A DNA stretch of 64,000 nucleotides from Azolla caroliniana. Taxonomy: Eukaryota > Plantae > Polypodiophyta. Shown piece after piece: positions 38,501 through 50,606 of the stretch. Below the pieces are notes generated by a model. It did no database searches, was not told the DNA's origin, and worked only from the letters and a program-made list of their open reading frames with translations. Positions within the stretch are counted from its first letter, which is position 1. Every line of letters starts with the position of its first letter. The stretch is taken from the NCBI GenBank assembly GCA_043228905.1, contig JBHGNT010000004.1:15872001-15936000 (forward strand). The letters are read 5' to 3'. The translations under genes were made by a program, and so were the position numbers.

Positions 38501-41500
38501 TTGTACCATATACACATGTTCCTCACGATCACCTTGCAGGAAAGCATTCTTCACATCTATCTGATGTAATTGCCACCCCTTCGCGACAAGCGCGAAGGTC
38601 TCGTCATAGTCCACGCCGTGCTTCTGCGCGTAGCCTTTCGCTACTAAACGGGCCTTGTAGCGGTTGATAGAGCCATCGATGTTGTATTTCACCTTATACA
38701 CCCATCTGCATCCGATCGGCTTTACACCCTTCAGTGCGTCAACTAGGTCCCAGGTTTCATTCTCGGATAATGCGCGCATCTCTTCCTCCATTGCAGTACA
38801 CCAGTTTGTGTCTTTCGCTGCTTCTATGTAGCTCTCCGGCTCACACACTTCCGCCACTCGCGTCATGTATGCGTAATGGTGCGCCATGTACTCATTATAC
38901 CCATACCTCTTTACGGGGTTCTTCTAGCGAGTAGATCGGCGTAATTCGTGATTACCCGATTTCGTGACCTTTTCGGCCGATTTTGACCTCTTCCGTGGAG
39001 GTTCCTTCTCGACCGGCTCGAGGTTAGATTCGCTTCGAACTGACTCGGCACTACCGGAATCGTATTCCAGCGTCTTCTTCTTCCGCTTCTCCTTGCGCAT
39101 AAACCGTCTCCTCAGTTCTTTATGCGGGGACATCACGACCGAGTCTCCACTACTCACCGTCTCATCATCTGGTTGGTCATCTCGGCCCAACCCCTCATTC
39201 AGTCCGCTTAGCCGAAATGAGATCGGACTCTCTCTCAGAGCTCTGATTTCTTCATCGTGAAGAGGCATTTCGGCCTCGCTAATGTCGTCCTCAGAATTTG
39301 GAATGGAGTTAGGAGGAGTTGTAGATGAAGGCAAGTACCACGAAGCGGACTCGTCGAACACGACATCTCGGCTTACGCGTACTTCCTTCGTTCGGGGGTT
39401 GTAACACTTATACCCTTTCTGCTCGTCTGGATAGCCGACTAAGATGCACTTTTTGGCTTTCACATCCAACTTCCTCCTCTTTTTCTTTGGCACGTGCAAA
39501 TACGCGATGCTGCCGAAAATCCTCAAGTGTGCCAAGTTCAGCTTCTTCCCAAAATACAGCTCATGTGGCGGCACTCCTCCATTAGCAAAAGTCGGATTCT
39601 GTAGGTAGACAGCTGTCTAAATGGCATCAGCCCAATAAAATTTCGGCATATGCTTCTCTTCAAGCATTACCCGGGCCGCTTCTTCAATCGCCTGATTCTT
39701 CCGCTCGGCCACGCCATTCTGCTGCGGCGTGTATCTACACGAGAATTCGTGTCGAATTCCCTCCTTTTGTAGATAACTTGTGACCTGGTCGGAGAAGTAC
39801 TCCTTCCTGCCATCGGACCGTAGGCATTTGGTCTTTCGCCCTGTTTCCCTTTCTGCAAGGCTCTTCACCTTCAGGAAACATGCGAAGACTTTGCTCTTCT
39901 TCGCGATTTTGCATACCCACGTGCGTCGAGTGAAGTCGTCGATGAAAGTTACAAAGGAACGGCTTCCACCGAGACTCACGTTTTGTGCCGGTCCCCACAC
40001 ATCCGAATGGATCAAGTCTAGCGGACTTTGACAACAATTACGTTCATTGGGAAATGGAAGTCGGTGTTGTTTTCCCATCTGATAGGCTTAGTAGACTTGG
40101 CCATTCCGGACACGAAATTTCGGCAACCTGAAAACAATGTTCTTCGTCTGCATCTCACGAAGTCGTGGGAAATTTATGAGGCCAAACCACTTGTGCCACA
40201 AGTCGATATCCGATTCGACCTTTTGTCCTTTTGCGTACAACGCGGTGCCAACTTGATTAGTGTCGAGGATAAACATCCTCCCTTCACGGCGCCCTTGCGC
40301 GATCACTTTGCCTTCCTCTTCTATGAATTAACCGAGGTGAGTGAATCAAACTTGCATACCTTGGTCGACGATCTGACCGACCAACACCAGGTTCTTGGTT
40401 ATTGTCGGGACGTGCAACACGTTCATTAGATTCCCTTTCTGCCCTACGTGGCTGAGGGGAACTTCGTCGACATGTTTGATGGTATGCGGAGTGTCGTCTC
40501 CTGCTTCAACCACTCCGTGTGATTCCGGTTTCTCCAAGTACGAGAACCATTCCTCATGACTTGTCATATGATTTGACGCTTCGGATTCAACATACCACAC
40601 CTCGCTTGATTTCGAGGTGTTCACGGCCATAGAATTGGCCTTATGCTTCATTACGAAGGCTGGGCCCGATTTGTTTCCAGCTCGTTCAAATCCTTCTACG
40701 TAGTGTGATCTTTGACGCCTCTCTGCATCTCTTCGACTCGATCCGGCTTTGTCTGAATCAGCTTGCTTTTTCTAGCACTCGCTCTCCTTGTGGCCTTTCT
40801 TGCCATAGTACCAGCAATCCGGCGCGGTTTGCTCTTGCAGTCTTCCGACGCCGCCATGACTCCCCTTGCTTGCGGAGGGTTCGGAATTGCTTTCGACATC
40901 TCGATTATGTCGTACATTCTGCTCTTTTCGGCCACCTCCATTCCGCGCTGATCCGCCTCGTCCACCATGACCATGGGGCCTATCATCCTCCGTGTAAAGC
41001 AACTTGCCATCGGCGTGCGCACTTGTTGACGCACCCATGTGGTTTTCTTCTACGAGCAACATTGACTGAACCTCGAAAAACGAAGGCGTAATCTCCCTCG
41101 TGCAAACCGCCGTTCGGAAAGCTCCGAACCTATATGCTAGCCCACCAAGAAAAACCTGGACCATTTCTTCCTCCTCGACGTTCACGTTGACTCGTAGATT
41201 TCCTTGATTCAGGACGTATAATCGGCCACAAACAGATCTTTTTGTCGGACATTGCTGAGCTCTTGTCTGAGCTGCAGCTTCTTGGCCATTTTGCTTGCGG
41301 CGAAAATCTTTTTGAGATTCGCCCACGCGTCCTTTGGCGTCTTAGCATCCCGAACATAGCTCAATAGTTGGTCGCTCACACAGGATGCAAAGCAGTAGAG
41401 AACTCTGCTTGCCGCTTGTTCCCAAGCCGGAAAATCTGTGTGTGTCGAATCGGGTGCTACATCATTAGCTCCTTTGACATAACTCTAGTAGCCATGGCCG

Positions 41501-42119
41501 AGTAGGTATTGGTGCATCTTCTAAGAGCAAGATGCGTAGTTGCTTCTGTCAAGCTTTTCAATCGGAAGTGAACTTCCCATTCCTCTGTCCATAGTACGAC
41601 TGTTTTTTTCTTCTTCGAAAGCGAACAACTTCAACTCTGTTTCGTCACAAACTTTTCTTGTTGGTTGCAGAGGACTTCAACCCTCGCGCTCTGATACCAT
41701 GTAAAAGAATACGTTGTGCGGAAGCGTGTGCGTAAACACAGAGTACATAGTTCAGAGGAATAAGAGAGTTCGTTAAAACACAGAAAACGCAAAGATGGAG
41801 ATGGAGATAGAGAGTAGACAACAGAAAGCTCCAATTCAAAAATAATGACTCTCTGTTTTGTACATACTTCGTGCTTAGTGAGCACCTTATATACAAGCCC
41901 TGACAATCGGGCCGACACAAGTACTGACAGTACTTGAATGCTCATAAATGAGCCTACTACACTAACTCCCAAAATTATTCCTTACGAGCAATACCATACT
42001 AATGGCCTTCCGATTTACGCACCAATACGGCTACGTTATGCGTACTATTTTATGCACCCAGTCTACGCACTGGGTTACGTACCATATTACGCACTCAATG
42101 TTGAGCTTGTCACTGAACA
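35594..42119 (-). mobile_element. Full-length degenerate Ty1/copia element F
   Basis: LTRs 35594-36013 and 41700-42119; TSD ATTGG; iMet PBS; PPT; gag (start 41592)-PR-INT-RT-RH fragments. Confidence 0.94.
36552..37368 (-). mobile_element. Solo LTR, same family as 12070-12774
   Basis: Both ends homologous in reverse complement; TSD ACGT/ACGC; removal restores GELGLRHLDTPNLR. Confidence 0.87.
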
Positions 42120-45100
42120 ATTGGGTTAGTATTGGTGGTTTTTCATTAAGCTTTCATCATATGTAGAGCTTGTATAATAAAACTTGATGTCCTATTGCTT
42201 CTATTAGAAACCGTGTCGTGGCAAGAAACAAGGAGAAGTTAAGGATACACACGATTTCTTGACATCCTTCCTTGCACATCTCGAGAGAGCCAGAAAAGAA
42301 AAGGATCGTCGCTTAGTCAAGGCATACGAAATGGAGGAAGATGGCTCCTTCAAAAAATTTAGCCACAAAAAAGATATTACGAGAGATCTTTACTACAATG
42401 TGGTTTGTGGTGATGTTGTTGACATGATCCCAAAAGTGCCAAAGAAGGAATATACGCTAATGATTGCGGATATTCCTTACGGATTTCGAATGGCAAGGTC
42501 ATTATACAATGATGAACCGTTTGGGTTTAAACAATTGGAGAAGATGGTCAAGGATTTTGCTGAGCTAATGACTGCATCCTTGTGTAGAATAGTTGTCTTT
42601 CATAGTATGGACCAAGGGTACTCGGTAGCTCAAGCTTTGAGATCTCGTTGCCATGGCATCGAGAACCTTGCATGCTAAGGATTATTTATAGGTCTGATTC
42701 ACTATATTTCCTTTCTTCAGATTGTTCAATCTATTCTTAACTCGATGTAATATTTGTTATAGGATAAAAACCAATGTAAATAGAGGGCCAACCTTTCGGT
42801 TCGTTAATGCCATTGAATACATCACGGTTGGCTACTTCGATGAAATTAAGAAAAAAAGAATCAAGGAGCATTCTAATTAAGAATCAAGGAGCATTCTCAC
42901 TAAGAATCAAGGAGCATTCTAATCTTTTCTTCTTTCTCTATTGTGATATCTCTTACAACATAAGTCTATTTGATTCTATTGATATATATAATATAGTTCT
43001 TTTGATATTGATGGATTCCTTGATATCCTTGTGACTGTACTCCCTTCTCCTTTTATAGGATGGGGATGGTTTTGCATGTGGGCCATATGTCACACATGTA
43101 GAGAGGGCTCTTGCATGTGTGGTATATGGTGCACATGTAGTACATTACATGGTTTAGACTATACATTACCAATTCAAATAACATAACATGCATGGGTATA
43201 CAAATCATGGATATTGGGTAAATGGTAAGGTTTAAGAGTCATAAGCTGGGGGTTATTGGTTCAAGTGCTTTCTTGTCCATGTCATATAATATGTGTATTT
43301 TTTATTTGCCTCTACATATAATGTATAATATTATCATAGTGTGTTGTTAATATTATCTTTATAAAACATTATCATGATTTATTTTATTTTAGTTACGTAT
43401 TTATCTTATTGTAGATTTTTAATGTAAAGCTTTCCTACTTCACGACAGCGGGTCAATCGACGCAACTTCTGCTTCGCCGATGTCAAGGCTCTCTAGCTGA
43501 CTCCGACTCCATCTCTGGAGGTCCGTCTTCGCTCCAGGTTGCTTCGGATTGACTCTGATCTAAAGCACCGACTTCTGTGTGCCGTATTCCGACATCTTCA
43601 CCTTCCTCTTCTGTTTGCACACAAACCATCTCCTCTTGGTTTTTGGCACGGGGACTGCACGAGTGAGTCTTCACTACTTGTAGTCTTTTCACTTGACTGA
43701 CCATTTTGGCTGAGCCCCTCATTCGGCCTACTTATCTAGAATGAGATCAAACTCTCTTCTAGAGTTCTGATTTCTTCTTTGTCTAGGAGGTTAACCTCAC
43801 TAACCTCTTGCTCATCAATCGGTTTGGCATCTTCATGGGTCAGAGATGGAATGGAGTACCAAGAAGACGATTCATCAAACATTACATCACGACTCACTCT
43901 TACTTGCTTTGTCCAGGGGGTGTAGCACTTGTACCCCTTCTACTCGTGAGAGTAGCTGACCAAGGCATCCATCTTTCTCCGCTTCTCGTTCAACATATGC
44001 ACATAAGCAATACTACCGAACACCCTAAGATGTCCCAAATTCGTCTTACACCTAAAATACAGGTCATGCGGCGACAACTTTCCTCCATAGGACTAAATTG
44101 GATTCTGAATATTGATGGCCATCCGGATAGCTTTGGCCGAATAAATCTTGGGCATGCTCTTCTCCTCCAGCATTTCCTTCGCCGCTTCTACCATTGTCCG
44201 GTTCCATCTCTCGGGCACCCCGTTCTGCTTTGTCGTGTATCTGCAAGAGAACTCCCTCGTATTCCCTTTGTCTATAGATTGTTGGTGAACTGGCCAGAAA
44301 AGTTTTATTTTCTGCCACCTGACCTTAGACACTTTATTTTCCTCTTTGTTTCCCTTTCGACTAGACTTTTTAGGTCTCGAAAACTGGAGAAAACTTCACT
44401 CTTCTTCTCAATGAGGTATACCCAAGTGTGGCTAAAGTCATTGATGAATGAAACGAAATATCGATTCTCGCCCATGCTCACACAATTTTCCAATCCCCAT
44501 ACATCCCTCTGGATTAGATCGAGCCTATGTTGCTTCCTGAGCTGGCAAGCTTCGCATACTTGGGCCTTCCTACCATTGAACTTTGGTAGTCCGAAAATGA
44601 CCTGTTTTGATTGCAGTTCATGATTCTTTTGATAGTTTACGTGGCCGATCTGCTTGTGCCATAGGTCGATGTTGCATTCGACCTTTTATCCTTTTGCAAA
44701 CATTGCTGCATTAACATCATTGGTATAAACTATAAGGATTCTAACTTCGAAGGACAGAGATGAGCGGTAAGAGATTACAAAATAGATATTGGAATTAACA
44801 TATAAACTTGCACATACATTCTTTGATGAATCCACACACAAATATGTGGTATTGTAGTGATTTAAATCCAGCTAAAATGTAATTGTTGTAGTTGGAACAA
44901 TCACTCCTATTTTTCGATAATGCTACCTAACTAATTAGTTTCTATTTAAAATTAGAGTTATTTTAAACACCCCCCCTTAACTCTATTTTTTTGCAATAGT
45001 TCCAATGTTTAATACTTGGAACTAGCTTCATTAAGAAATCGGCCTACATGTCTTGAGTAGGGGTATAGTTGATGTTGAGGTTATGTTCTTTGACAAGTTC

Positions 45101-45602
45101 TGTTATAAAGTGGTATCGAGCAGGAATATGTTTATTTTGGTTGGTGGTTTTTGGGTTCTTGGTGGTCTTGACACATGACTGATTGTCACACCATAGCCTA
45201 AATTTGGAAATTTGTAGAATATTTAACTCTTGGATTATTGATCGAAGCCAAAGTCCTTCTTTAGCTGTATGCGTGGCTACGATATACTCAGCTTCAGTAG
45301 AGGAGAGGGTGACAGTGGCTTGCTTTTTTGTATGCCATGTAACTTCTCCTCTTGCAAAAGTAAACAAAAAACCTAATGTGGAGTGAGAAGAATCAATATC
45401 TGCTCCCCAATCTACTTCAGTCCACCCTTGTTGTGGTGTTGACAACCATGCTTGTATTTTGGAGTTGTCTGCCCCAAAGTATACTTTATAAGTGAGTACC
45501 ATACTTCGAGTGTACTTTAAGTACCCTAGTACTCGTTTGAGTGTAGCCCAATGATTCAGACCTACTTTTTCCATAAATCTTGAGAGAAAACTAGTTGAAA
45601 AT

Positions 45603-45641
45603 TGAAAACGTGAGTGTTTGCGGAAGCGTAAAACAAAGAAC

Positions 45642-45685
<44 letters not shown>

Positions 45686-48600
45686 AGAACGTAATTTCAA
45701 AATTATTTTCAGACTCTGTATACACACTGTGCTAAGTAGCACTATTTATACAAGTGCTCTTGGGACTGACAGAAGTACCATGTACTTCAATGCTCACACG
45801 AGCATCTGACACTTACTACGAGACTATAGCTACCTAGTAGTCTATCCTATACTAGGCTTCCGATTGGACTTCCGGTTACGGATTGTACCCGGCCTCCACT
45901 GCTTGCCGGTTCGGTTGCTCACCGTCATACCGATCCGTTTCGCCCGATCCGTCTCGCTTACCGGCTCCGGCTTATTCAGCCGATCCGGCTCCGGTTGAGC
46001 TTGCCGCTCAACACTCCCCCTCAAGCTCAACCTGAGGTGGGGTCGTAGTGTCGACCACTGTGGCAGTCGGTTCTTCCAACCGACTTCTCCTGGCGTCACT
46101 CCGCCTTGCTCGTGCTCCTCGTCCGGTCCGGTCCCGTTTGCCGCGACCCCTTTCGTTCTGCGCGCCTCGACCCTCTCGGTCCGCATGTCTGCTCAATAGG
46201 CCCATCTCAGCACTCACGTTGCTGTGACTCCGGCGCTTGCCGATCCGTCGGTTCTCCCACGATGGCATCTACTTCCGCTGTGTCCGTGTCCCCTTGTCCT
46301 TCAGTCGATCCGACTCATCCGGATCCATCTGTTGATCCGAGTCAGCTGTCTCCGACTCGTTCCAGCTCTTGTCCGAATTGGTACACTCCGATTCGACTTC
46401 CAGCTTCAGGCCTCTCACCACATCGGACCACATCCGAGTCTTGGCCTTCTCCATGCTTCCCTCGGCTTCTTCAACCGGTGAATCGAAATCGAATTCTTCA
46501 TTCGACTCCGCATCATGGTCAGTACCGTCGTGATGACCTCCGCATAGCATGCACTTCGTCATGCCGAACTTATACAGCATATTCAACACGTAATGTCGTT
46601 GTGAGAGCAATATGCCGTCGGGGGTCTGGATCACTTCGATCCCAAGAAAATAATGAAGGTCCCCCAGGTCCTTCATTTCGAATGCGTCCGACAACTGGGA
46701 CTTGACGCGGTTGATTTCGGGATGACCCGGTCCGGTGATGACTAAATCATCCACATACAAGAGTATACATACCAGACCGTCAGAGCCTTGCCGGATGAAC
46801 AACGAAGTGTCCGACTTCGAGATAGCAAACCCTAGCTTACGCAACCGGTGCGTGATCTTCGCGTTCCAGGCTCGGGGGGCTTGCTTCAAGCCGTAAAGCG
46901 ACTTCTTCAGTCGGCATACCGCCGACTTGTTCATCTCCGATTGAAATCCGGGGGGCTGAGTCATAAAGACTTCTTCTTCAAGCTCTCCTTAAAGGAAGGC
47001 ATTCTTCACATCCATCTGGTGAAGATCCCACCCCCTTGCCGCAGCAACCGCTAGTACCACACGAACCGTCGTCATCTTCGCCACAGGAGCGACGGTCTCG
47101 TCGTAGTCGATTCTGTGGCTCTGCACGTATCCCTTCGCCACTAACCACGCTTTGTACCGGTTAACAGAACCGTCGGCGTTGTACTTGACCTTGTACACCC
47201 ACTTGCATCCGATCGGTTTACAGTGACGGGGAGGATCAACTAGGTCCCAAGTTTCGTTGGAATCGAGTGCCAACATTTCTTCGTCCATAGCGGCACGCCA
47301 ATTTGCGTCCTTTGCCGCTTCTGCGTAGCTCTCCGGCTCACGCACTTCTGTTACCTTAGTCATGTACGCATAATGATGCGCCATGTATTCATTGTACCCG
47401 TACTGCATGACGGGATCCTTATGGCGGGTTGATCGGCGCAACGCACCGTCACCTAATTTGAGGCCCTTCTTGGCCAGTTCGGTCTTCGTTGCCGAAGATC
47501 CGCCTTTCTCCTTTCCGGAGTCGGATACGCACCAATCCGACTCATCGTTGCCGGTTTCGAATTCCGGCAACTTCCTCTTCCCCTTCTCTTTGCGCGTGAA
47601 CCGTTTCCTTGGTTCCTTGCGCGGGGAGAGCACGGCTGAGTCTCCACCACTTGCCGTCTCTTCATTCGACTGGTCCAACCGACTCAGTCGCTCGTTCGGT
47701 CCACTCAACCGTAACGATTCCGGACTCTCATCTTGAGTCCCAGCTTCATCATCCTCTGCCAGGGCTGATTTAGGCTCACTGGCCTGATCTTCCGACATTG
47801 GGTCAGGATCGGAAGTCGGAGTCGGTACGGAGTACCAGGATGCCGATTCATCGAACTCGACATCCCGGCTAACTCGGACTTCCTTCGTCTGGGGGTTATA
47901 GAAGTTATACCCCTTTTTCTCTTGAGCATAGCCGACTAGGATGCATTTTTCCGATTTTGCATCCACCTTTCTTCGCTTCTGATCTGGCACATGCACATAC
48001 GCTATGTTGCCGAATATCCGAAGGTGTCTTAAGTTCGGCTTGCGCCCGAAATATAGCTCATGAGCTGACACCTTGTCAACAATGCGGTTTTGTATGTAGA
48101 AGGCCGTCCGAACCGCCTCCGCCCAGTAGAACCGGGGCATGCTCTTCTCCTCCAGCATTGCCCTTGCCGCTTCGACGAGTGTCCGGTTCTTCCTTTCGGC
48201 CACACCGTTTTGCTCCGGTCTGTATCTACAGCTGAACTCTCGCCGAATTCCCTTATGCTGCAGATAACTAGTGAATTGGCCGGAAAAATATTCCTTTCCG
48301 CCATCCGACCGAAGGTATTTGATCTTCCTCTCCGATTCCCGTTCCACCATCTTCTAGAGGCTCCGGAAACAGTCAAAGACTTCGCTCTTCCGCTCAATGA
48401 GGTAGATCCAAGTATGTCGAGTATAGTCGTCGATGAAGGAGACGAAGTATCGGCTCCCACCAAGGCTTACACTTTGTGCCGGTCCCCACACATCCGAATG
48501 GATGAGATCGAGCTTGTTACGGCTCTGGTTCCGTTCGGTGGGGAATGGAAGCCGGTGTTGCTTCCCAAGTTGGCAGGCTTCACAAATTTCGGCTCTCCGG

Positions 48601-50238
48601 CCGCTGAACTTCGGCAAACCGAAAACGACTTGTTTCGTTTGCAGGTCTTGAAGCCTCCGGTAGTTGATGTGGCCTATCCACTTGTGCCACAGGTCGATGT
48701 CCAACTCAACCTTCTATCGTTTCGCGAACAGAGCGGTGCCAAAGTCATTGGTGTTGAGCATAAACATCCTCCCGTCTTTGCGCCCTTGCGCAATGACTTC
48801 GCCCTCATCCTCAATGAAGCACCCAAGGTGCATAAACCGCACCTGCATCCCCTGGTCGACAATCTGACCGACGGACACCAGGTTCTTCGTGATTGTCGGA
48901 ATGTGTAATATGTTCATCAGCTTCCCTTTCTGTCCGACGTGGCCTAGAGGGACTTCTCCGACGTGCACGATTGGGTGAGGAGTGTCATCTCCGGTTTCGA
49001 CTACTCCTGGTTGATCCGGTTTCTCCAGAAAGCAGAACCACTCTTTGTGGCTCGTCATGTGGTTTGACGTGCCGGAATCAACATACCACACTTCCTCCGT
49101 TTTTGAAGTGGTCTTCTTCATTGAGTTTGCCTTGTGATTCATCACCAAGGCTGGCCCCTTACCGGCTTTTCCGGTTCCGGATTCTCCTGATCCATTTGCG
49201 TAGTGCGAGTTTTGTCGGCCATCCTTACCGGTCTTGCTGGATCCGGATTTGTCCGAATCGGCACGCTTTCTCCAGCACTCGCTTTCCCTGTGGCCTTTTT
49301 TGCCACAGTACCAGCATTCCGTAGCGAATTTGTCTTGCTGGCCTCCGGCACCGCCTTGACTCCCCCTGCTTGTGGAAGTCCCGGAACTGCTGTCGGCACG
49401 CTCATAGTGCCTCCGTTCCTGCTCTTGCCGGCCGCCTCCATTGCGTGCCGACCCACCTCTTCCACCACGCCCATGGAGCCAATCCGTTCCCGTGTACAGC
49501 ATTCGGCTGTCTGGGGATGCACTGGTAGATGCACCGGTGTGGTTCTCCTCTACAAGGAGCATCGATTGTAAGTCGAAGAATGAGGGCGTATTCTCCCTTG
49601 TACACACCGGAGTCCGGAACGCTCCGAACTTGGACGCCAGGCCTCTGAGACATACCTGCACAATCTCGTCTTCCTCTACGGTAACATTGATAGAGGCGAG
49701 CGAGTCGCAGATCTCCTTTATCCGGCCCGTGTAGTCTGCCACAGACATGTTCTTCTGTCGAACATTGCTCAACTCCTGTCTGAGTTGCAGCTTCCGGGCA
49801 GTGGTGCTTGCGGCGAAAACCTTTTTCAGGTTCCCCCAAGCATCCTTCGGTGTCTTGGTGTCACGGATGTGGTTGAGCAGCTGATCGCCGACACTGGACG
49901 CGAAGCAGTACATCACCCTGCTTGCCGCTTGTTCCCATACCGGGAAGTCCTTGTGTGCCGAGTCGGGCGCTGCATCATTTGCTCCTTCGACATAACTCCA
50001 GTACCCGTGTCCAAGCAGGTACTGGTGCATCTTGTAAGACCAGGATGCATAGTTGCTCATGTCAAGCTTCTCCACCGGGAGCGACGTAGCCATGCCTCTA
50101 TCCATGTCTTCTACTGTGTCTGTTTTCGACCTGTTAGGGTTTTCTTCTCAAGAGTAAATGTCTGCAGCAGAGGTTCTCAACCCTCGCGCTCTGATACCAT
50201 GAAAACGTGAGTGTTTGCGGAAGCGTAAAACAGAGAAC

Positions 50239-50278
<40 letters not shown>

Positions 50279-50606
50279 AGAACGTAATTTCAAAATTATT
50301 TTCAGACTCTGTATACACACTGTGCTAAGTAGCACTATTTATACAAGTCCTCTTGGGACTGACAGAAGTACCATGTACTTCAATGCTCACACGCGCATCT
50401 GACACTTACTACGAGACTATAGCTACCCAGTAGTCTATCCTATACTAGGCTTCCGATTGGACTTCCGGTTACGGATTGTACCTGGCCTCCACTGCTTGCC
50501 GGTTCGGTTGCTCACCGTCATACCGATCCGTTTCGCCCGATCCGTCTCGGTTACCGGCTCTGGCTTATTCAGCCGATCCTGCTCCGGTTGAGCTTGCCGC
50601 TCAACA
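45603..50606 (-). mobile_element. Ty1/copia element A, recent but non-autonomous (RT C-terminus and RNase H deleted)
   Basis: LTRs 45603-46013 and 50200-50606 nearly identical; TSD AAAAT; iMet PBS; PPT. Confidence 0.96.
46269..50105 (-). pseudogene. copia A gag-pol with frameshift (~48710), stops (48354, 46989) and internal deletion (~46548)
   Basis: CWYCGKKGHRESEC, WYVDSG, RSDGGKEY, QMDVKNAFL, LLYVDD; RT jumps directly into the 3' extension. Confidence 0.93.

Larger units (their letters stand above)
30211..42875 (+). pseudogene. Spliced ParB/Srx-like domain + beta-class DNA N6A/N4C methyltransferase gene; exons 30211-30245, 33741-35378, 35455-35593, 42208-42674, 42763-~42875; 3'-truncated
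   Basis: TATA at ~30078; splice junctions keep the frame; YFVIGGSHLAEAHR (ParB-like); VVCGDVVDMIPKVPKKEYTLMIADIPYG (motif IV), WIK and NAIEYITVGY (motifs VII/VIII); five nonsense codons; copia F inserted at the end of exon 3. Confidence 0.75.
26320..42922. mobile_element. Large DNA-transposon-like insert (Sola/DUF7869-like transposase plus divergent ParB-methyltransferase gene), right end apparently truncated
   Basis: Interrupts the gypsy 5' LTR at GACCTTCT|TTTCTTC compared with the 3' LTR (~18531-18545); possible TCT duplication; no clear TIR pair. Confidence 0.72.
18123..43447 (-). mobile_element. Old AT-rich Phygy-like Ty3/gypsy element: 3' LTR 18123-19024, 5' LTR 25904-26319 plus 42923-43447
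   Basis: Matching LTRs; TSD GCGT/GCGG; PPT GAGGGGGTGGA; tRNA-Trp PBS; gag/PR/RT/RH/INT fragments homologous to the 54905 element. Confidence 0.92.
15807..44730 (-). mobile_element. Ty1/copia element C (old; outer host), own sequence 15807-18122 and 43448-44730
   Basis: LTR end and PPT at 15807-15827; RH/RT fragments 16500-18122; integrase fragments 43448-44730 join across the gypsy TSD. Confidence 0.82.

Noticed and set aside
26320-42922. Helitron or CACTA identity for the large insert
   Set aside because: No Rep/helicase, no TC..CTRR ends at an AT site, no CACTA termini; transposase motifs are of a different type
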